DNA from: a virus
Length of the DNA: 64,000 nt
Strand: one strand, 5' to 3'
Virus record (IMG/VR): IMGVR_UViG_3300023242_000003
Span: 35,592-99,591 of that record
Numbering within the stretch: the first letter of the stretch is position 1; every line of letters starts with the position of its first letter. The notes beneath the pieces are model-generated. The model was not told the DNA's origin and ran no database searches. It saw only the letters and a program-made list of their open reading frames with translations. Shown here piece after piece: positions 60,126 to 64,000 of this stretch. Both the position numbers and the translations under genes were made by a program.

Positions 60126-60176
60126 GTTGAAAGAGCAACGGGTCATGACAAGTGAGAGAGTAGACTCCGACACGTC
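60126..60176 (+). ncRNA. repeated structured ncRNA, copy 6
   Basis: TATCTTTG promoter, GTTG/CAAC stem, TCAT-GACAA-GTGA stem, core. Confidence 0.65.
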
Positions 60177-60235
60177 TATACATTACTAGAACCCGAAAAT
60201 AAAAAAACCTAGAATTTATCTAGGTTTCTTTTTAA

Positions 60236-60571
60236 TTATTTTGTATATTCTGCTATTCGTTCCACTTTGGTATCAATCAATTCCGCCAAGTCATCGCAAT
60301 ATACATTTTCAAATACTGCTTTTTCGTTCCATTGACTAGATAAAAAACGAACTGTATATGTATCATCCCAAGCTAGGGTAATTAAAACAATTCCTTTGTG
60401 GTGGTGTCCCGATACTGTAAAGAATAACGCTTTGCCCTCAAACGTGGTAAAGTTTCTAGCACCCCAAGTCATAGACCACAAACGGTTTCTGTTAACCCAT
60501 TGAAGCGTTTCTTTTGCGTCAAAGTTTATTTGAACTGCTGACTGTAATACTGATAATTTTTTTGCTGACAT
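60236..60571 (-). CDS. hypothetical early protein
   Basis: 111 aa; own promoter, leader and terminator. Confidence 0.75.
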   Translation of the reverse strand: MSAKKLSVLQSAVQINFDAKETLQWVNRNRLWSMTWGARNFTTFEGKALFFTVSGHHHKGIVLITLAWDDTYTVRFLSSQWNEKAVFENVYCDDLAELIDTKVERIAEYTK

Positions 60572-60729
60572 AATACTTTTATTTAATTGGTTGATGCAAA
60601 GATAGACAAATATTTTAAACCACCAAACTTTTTAGCAATTATTTTTATTTTATTTTTTTTACCTAAAAAGTTTGCATATTAAATAAAAAGTATTATTTTT
60701 GTACCGTTAACCAATTAAAACAATATAAT

Positions 60730-60969
60730 ATGACAACTAGACCTATTTATGTTATTGCTCAGGAAATCAAACAGGACTGGAAATCTGTAAACTATGCGGC
60801 TAAACCTTACCTTGATGCAATGGGTTGCATTACGACAATCAATGACAGTTTCGGCATGGACAATGGTAAAAGCATGGTACTGTATTTTCTTTCAAACGCT
60901 GGACAATGGCGAGGCGAAAACGCAAAACGAATCAAAGCTGAATTAAAGAAAATGGTGGGGCTGAAATAA
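60730..60969 (+). CDS. hypothetical early protein
   Basis: 79 aa; promoter and CCAATTAAA leader. Confidence 0.75.
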   Translation: MTTRPIYVIAQEIKQDWKSVNYAAKPYLDAMGCITTINDSFGMDNGKSMVLYFLSNAGQWRGENAKRIKAELKKMVGLK

Positions 60970-61480
60970 GCCCCAGTTTTTTGTCTAATATAAAAAAAAA
61001 TTTATCATGTATATATTTACCTGTGAAGAGTGTCTTCAAGAAAAAAATAGCTTTCATGAATCGCTAGAAAAAAAATAATGTTTGTGATGATTGCTTCAAC
61101 GAATTATCACAGGCTGATGAGGGTTACAATAGATGGTGTGATTCTTGTCAAATGTTTTCACATATAACCGATAGTAACCCATACGGTACTTGCCAATGTA
61201 GTTAATCCAACAAATGATTTAACCCTAGTATATTTTACTAGGGTTTTTTGTTTCTAGTTTATATCTGACGTAAAATAAAGCGATTTAAGAGACTTTCTCC
61301 CTGTGGGTGGCACAACGCTGGGGCGTGTACACAAATGTGTATATATGGGGCTCTATATACAGAAAGAGACCGCCTCATAGAGACAGTCTCATCTTTGTGG
61401 GAACCACCCCACGTTTTGTGCAAGCCATTGTCGTATATCTTTTTTAATAAATATACGACAAAGTACAAAAAAGTCTAAAG

Positions 61481-61610
61481 TGGCGATGAGGGGATTCGAA
61501 CCAAAGAATATTTTAGAGCCCATCAACATTCCACTCCTTCGTTAGGTTGCTCATGACTGCAATCCTTAGGTTGCTCATGACTGCAATCCTTCTCTCCAAA
61601 GAGCATCGCC
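61481..61610 (-). ncRNA. tRNA-like RNA / pseudo-tRNA with internal 24-nt tandem duplication
   Basis: 5' GGCGATG pairs with 3' CATCGCC-A; GGTTCGAATCC T-loop; TACCTTTG promoter element just upstream. Confidence 0.55.
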
Positions 61611-61687
61611 TTGTTGGTACAAAGGTAAGAATAATAATTGACACTACCAAACAATAGTCAAACTTTTTTTGTGACCTCGGAAAGAGT

Positions 61688-62014
61688 TTAAAAATTCTCT
61701 CCTCTAATTTTGTTCATTGTCTTATCAAGACCAATCTCATATTCTTCAAGCAAATTGTAAATTTCATCTACAATATCATCGCTTAAATCCTCATAGTCAA
61801 CATCATCTTCTGAAATTTCAGTTTCATTAACATAGTGAACAACTGTGACATTATCCTCTCCAAATGTTTCTACAAGAAAAGAAATATTTGTCTTATTTCC
61901 TGTACTCATTATACAAGGTGAACTACCCAATTCTAATTCCCCAGTTGTAACTGAACCCTCAAAGTGTTCAACAACAATTCTTTTAATCTCTGAAATCTGC
62001 TCTTCTTTTTTCAT
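61688..62014 (-). CDS. acidic hypothetical protein
   Basis: 108 aa. Confidence 0.7.
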   Translation of the reverse strand: MKKEEQISEIKRIVVEHFEGSVTTGELELGSSPCIMSTGNKTNISFLVETFGEDNVTVVHYVNETEISEDDVDYEDLSDDIVDEIYNLLEEYEIGLDKTMNKIRGENF

Positions 62015-62122
62015 TTTTTTTGATTTTAGTTTATTTGTGTATCAATTGGAATCAGAATAAATTGTATTTTCTTTACTCATAGTACAAAGATAGGTATTAT
62101 TTATTAATCTACAAAATATTTT

Positions 62123-62401
62123 CTACTTTATTTTTGCGGAATTTTCTATTTGGTCTTCTGTAAAGTTTTCGCTAGCCTCTACACTAGCTTTGTAAGGGTT
62201 CCCTGTTACTGGGTGCATACGGTGTCTGAACTCATGGATAACTTTATCTTTGTTCTTGAAGCTGCCCATATATTGCCACGCCTCGCCATTGTTTTCGGCT
62301 ACCTGTGGTTCGTCTAGTGATTCGTTGATTGGGTGTTTGGCTAACCAATCCCACATATAATCCCATTCGGTACTTCCTATTTTTATTGCTACTAATTCCA
62401 T
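62123..62401 (-). CDS. hypothetical protein
   Basis: 92 aa; ATG a few nt after TATCTTTG (near-leaderless). Confidence 0.7.
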   Translation of the reverse strand: MELVAIKIGSTEWDYMWDWLAKHPINESLDEPQVAENNGEAWQYMGSFKNKDKVIHEFRHRMHPVTGNPYKASVEASENFTEDQIENSAKIK

Positions 62402-62514
62402 GTAGCAAAGATACGAATAAAAAAAGAAATATCCAAATTAATTGGATATTCTTTTCTCTGTTTGTAATTGTTCAGCTTCCCACATTTCAGCTAGGAACAA
62501 AATTTCTTCTCATT

Positions 62515-62742
62515 TTATCTAACTTTTATTGTTAAATCTTCTCGGTCTGTTCCCCACTTTGGAACAAGCGTACCATTTTTACGCCACGTGCGAACAACAA
62601 ATCCGTTATGGAAATTATCACGCCCTGTTACTGGGTCTTTCACACGCCCACGAAAAACGTTATCACGTTCTAACCAAACTAATTCTTTAATTTCGTACCC
62701 ACCAACTGTGTGGGTTATCTGTTGTAATATTGATTGTTCCAT
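62515..62742 (-). CDS. hypothetical protein
   Basis: 75 aa; ATG a few nt after TATATTTG (near-leaderless). Confidence 0.65.
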   Translation of the reverse strand: MEQSILQQITHTVGGYEIKELVWLERDNVFRGRVKDPVTGRDNFHNGFVVRTWRKNGTLVPKWGTDREDLTIKVR

Positions 62743-62837
62743 GATGCAAATATAAGAATAATATTTTAAACTACCAAATTATTTAACAAAAAAAAGTTGG
62801 ATAATTTCTTACCCAACCTTTCCACCAATTAAAACAT

Positions 62838-63383
62838 CTAACTTTCAATCAAATCAAAAACTAATTCGTTGTACCCTTGTGGTTTTTCGGGTTCAATGCT
62901 TATTAAATCCCTCGCCCATTTTCCAATGATTGAAGTATTGCCTTGTGGTTTTTCGGGAACTACATAAAAGTCGCCACCACCCCTTAAATTACCCTCGCAA
63001 GTCAATAACGGTAAAGGCGCAATTCGCCAACCGTCAGTATCTTTTGGAACTTTGGTTTTATCTACATACTGTTTTTTGGTATGGTTTACGACAAAACGTG
63101 TTTCTTTGTCCGTTAGTTTCGTTTCGGGTTTAACCTCGTTATTATCATTGCAACGGTCATACGTGGTTGATTTTCGCCCTTTGCAATTTTCAGCGTAATC
63201 GCCACCCCATACAATATGCTGTGGGTTTTGATAGATAAGACTTTCAACTGCACGAACAAAAGGGTTTTTAGACCAAGAATGTTCCATTAGTTTAGAACCG
63301 CTTTCAAAAGTCCAACTTTCAACCCACTTCAAAACTGTTTTTTTGTTTTTTGCCAAAATTGCTGGTCGATAATACTGTCCCAT
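62838..63383 (-). CDS. hypothetical early protein
   Basis: 181 aa; MGQYY, KLMEHSW, PLPLLTCEGN-RGGGDF; own promoter and leader. Confidence 0.8.
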   Translation of the reverse strand: MGQYYRPAILAKNKKTVLKWVESWTFESGSKLMEHSWSKNPFVRAVESLIYQNPQHIVWGGDYAENCKGRKSTTYDRCNDNNEVKPETKLTDKETRFVVNHTKKQYVDKTKVPKDTDGWRIAPLPLLTCEGNLRGGGDFYVVPEKPQGNTSIIGKWARDLISIEPEKPQGYNELVFDLIES

Positions 63384-63477
63384 AATTTCTAAATTTAATT
63401 GGTTAATTATTTCTTTAGCAAAGATAAGTAAAATAATCTACACTACCAAATATAATGTAGATTATTTTTAATTTATT

Positions 63478-63771
63478 TTACCATTCACTAGTAAATTTTG
63501 TTTTGGTTTTAATCCAATCCATAACTTCTCCAGCGTAGTAGCTTGTAGTTAAGTCAAAAAGAAACCAATCCAACTGTCTTTCAGCATCGTTACTGTTGGT
63601 AGAAACTTCTAATCTGTTCCATTCTTTAGCGTTGCTTTGGTTACTACCTTTGCTACTACCCTGTGAGAAATCCCACTCTTTAGCCTGTATCAATACTGTT
63701 TTTTTATTTACAGTAACAGTTATTACACCGCCTCGACATGATTCGCCAATCTTGAAAGTCTTTGTTGCCAT
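63478..63771 (-). CDS. hypothetical early protein
   Basis: 97 aa; own promoter and leader. Confidence 0.75.
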   Translation of the reverse strand: MATKTFKIGESCRGGVITVTVNKKTVLIQAKEWDFSQGSSKGSNQSNAKEWNRLEVSTNSNDAERQLDWFLFDLTTSYYAGEVMDWIKTKTKFTSEW

Positions 63772-63827
63772 AATTTGTATGTTTTAATTGATTAGAGTAC
63801 AAAGATAAAATAAAATTAGGATATATC

Positions 63828-64000
63828 CTAATTTTCTCTTGTTAAATTATAAATTTCTTTCCATTTCAAAACTCTAAAGTCATTATTCGATACCCTTTGA
63901 ACCAAAGCATTTGCTTTTACTTGCCATTCGCCTTGATTGTTTTCAAGTTTTAAAGTGTCTAATTCTGTCAATAAAACAGAAATTTCTTTCTTGTTTTCTT
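63828..64000 (-). CDS. partial ORF (starts beyond window)
   Basis: Open frame ...EISVLLTELDTLKLENNQGEWQ...LTREN*. Confidence 0.45.
   Translation of the reverse strand, partial: ENKKEISVLLTELDTLKLENNQGEWQVKANALVQRVSNNDFRVLKWKEIYNLTREN

Noticed and set aside
55543-60176. Repeated GAGAGAGTAGACTCCGAC motif as a CRISPR array
   Set aside because: Copies are 0.4-1.6 kb apart, separated by whole genes, occur on both strands and have no spacer periodicity; no cas genes in the window.
55543-60176. Repeat RNA as a hammerhead ribozyme
   Set aside because: No CUGANGA/GAAA catalytic core in either orientation.
61259-61468. 69-aa minus-strand ORF
   Set aside because: Atypical composition and no leader motif; more likely non-coding sequence downstream of the tRNA-like element.
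952-63787. Many antisense or nested ORFs in the track (e.g. 4390-5019, 5802-6284, 35180-35581, 36831-37229, 53556-53900)
   Set aside because: They shadow well-supported genes on the opposite strand or in another frame and have no motifs or expression signals.
1-64000. Stop-codon reassignment as in some large Bacteroidota phages
   Set aside because: Long conserved genes are uninterrupted in the standard code, and TAG/TGA terminate genes at sensible positions (e.g. 3918).
1-64000. Bacterial chromosome or eukaryotic giant virus origin suggested by glyA, clpC, trxA and LRR
   Set aside because: These genes are embedded among T4-like capsid, portal, protease and terminase genes with phage-style promoters and dense small ORFs.

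Overview
AT-rich segment of a large T4-like (myovirus/jumbo-type) phage genome, read in the standard code. The host is most likely Bacteroidota, inferred from many TTTG-N~20-TAnnTTTG promoters and A-rich, SD-less starts. 1-10.6 kb: PhoH fragment, two glycosyltransferases, a gp55-like sigma factor, baseplate/structural genes and a secreted nuclease. 11-32 kb (minus strand): head module with major capsid, scaffold, prohead protease (1 intein), portal (1 intein), large terminase (2 inteins 9 aa apart) and probable internal head proteins. 32-54 kb: glyA, a fractured clpC, ABC-ATPase/GNAT, YkuK-like RNase H, LRR protein, thioredoxin, nucleases, NTase-GNAT and a PcfJ-like protein. 54.3-54.6 kb: A-tracts and a G-run cluster. 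54.7-64 kb: early region of tiny single-gene units with host-type promoters. Main discoveries: (1) clpC is encoded as three separate ORFs that two paralogous, atypically split inteins would rejoin, each split at a Walker A motif, so cross-splicing could give alternative or cyclic products; (2) an attC-like gene-cassette array carrying a C5 DNA methyltransferase lies between the halves of the second split intein; (3) six dispersed copies of a promoter-driven ~55-nt structured ncRNA with covarying stems and a near-invariant core; (4) two candidate -1 frameshifts, a late-promoter motif that is the reverse complement of the T4 one, a tRNA-like RNA and a G4-like tract. All calls come from reading the sequence and motif recognition; no database searches were run.
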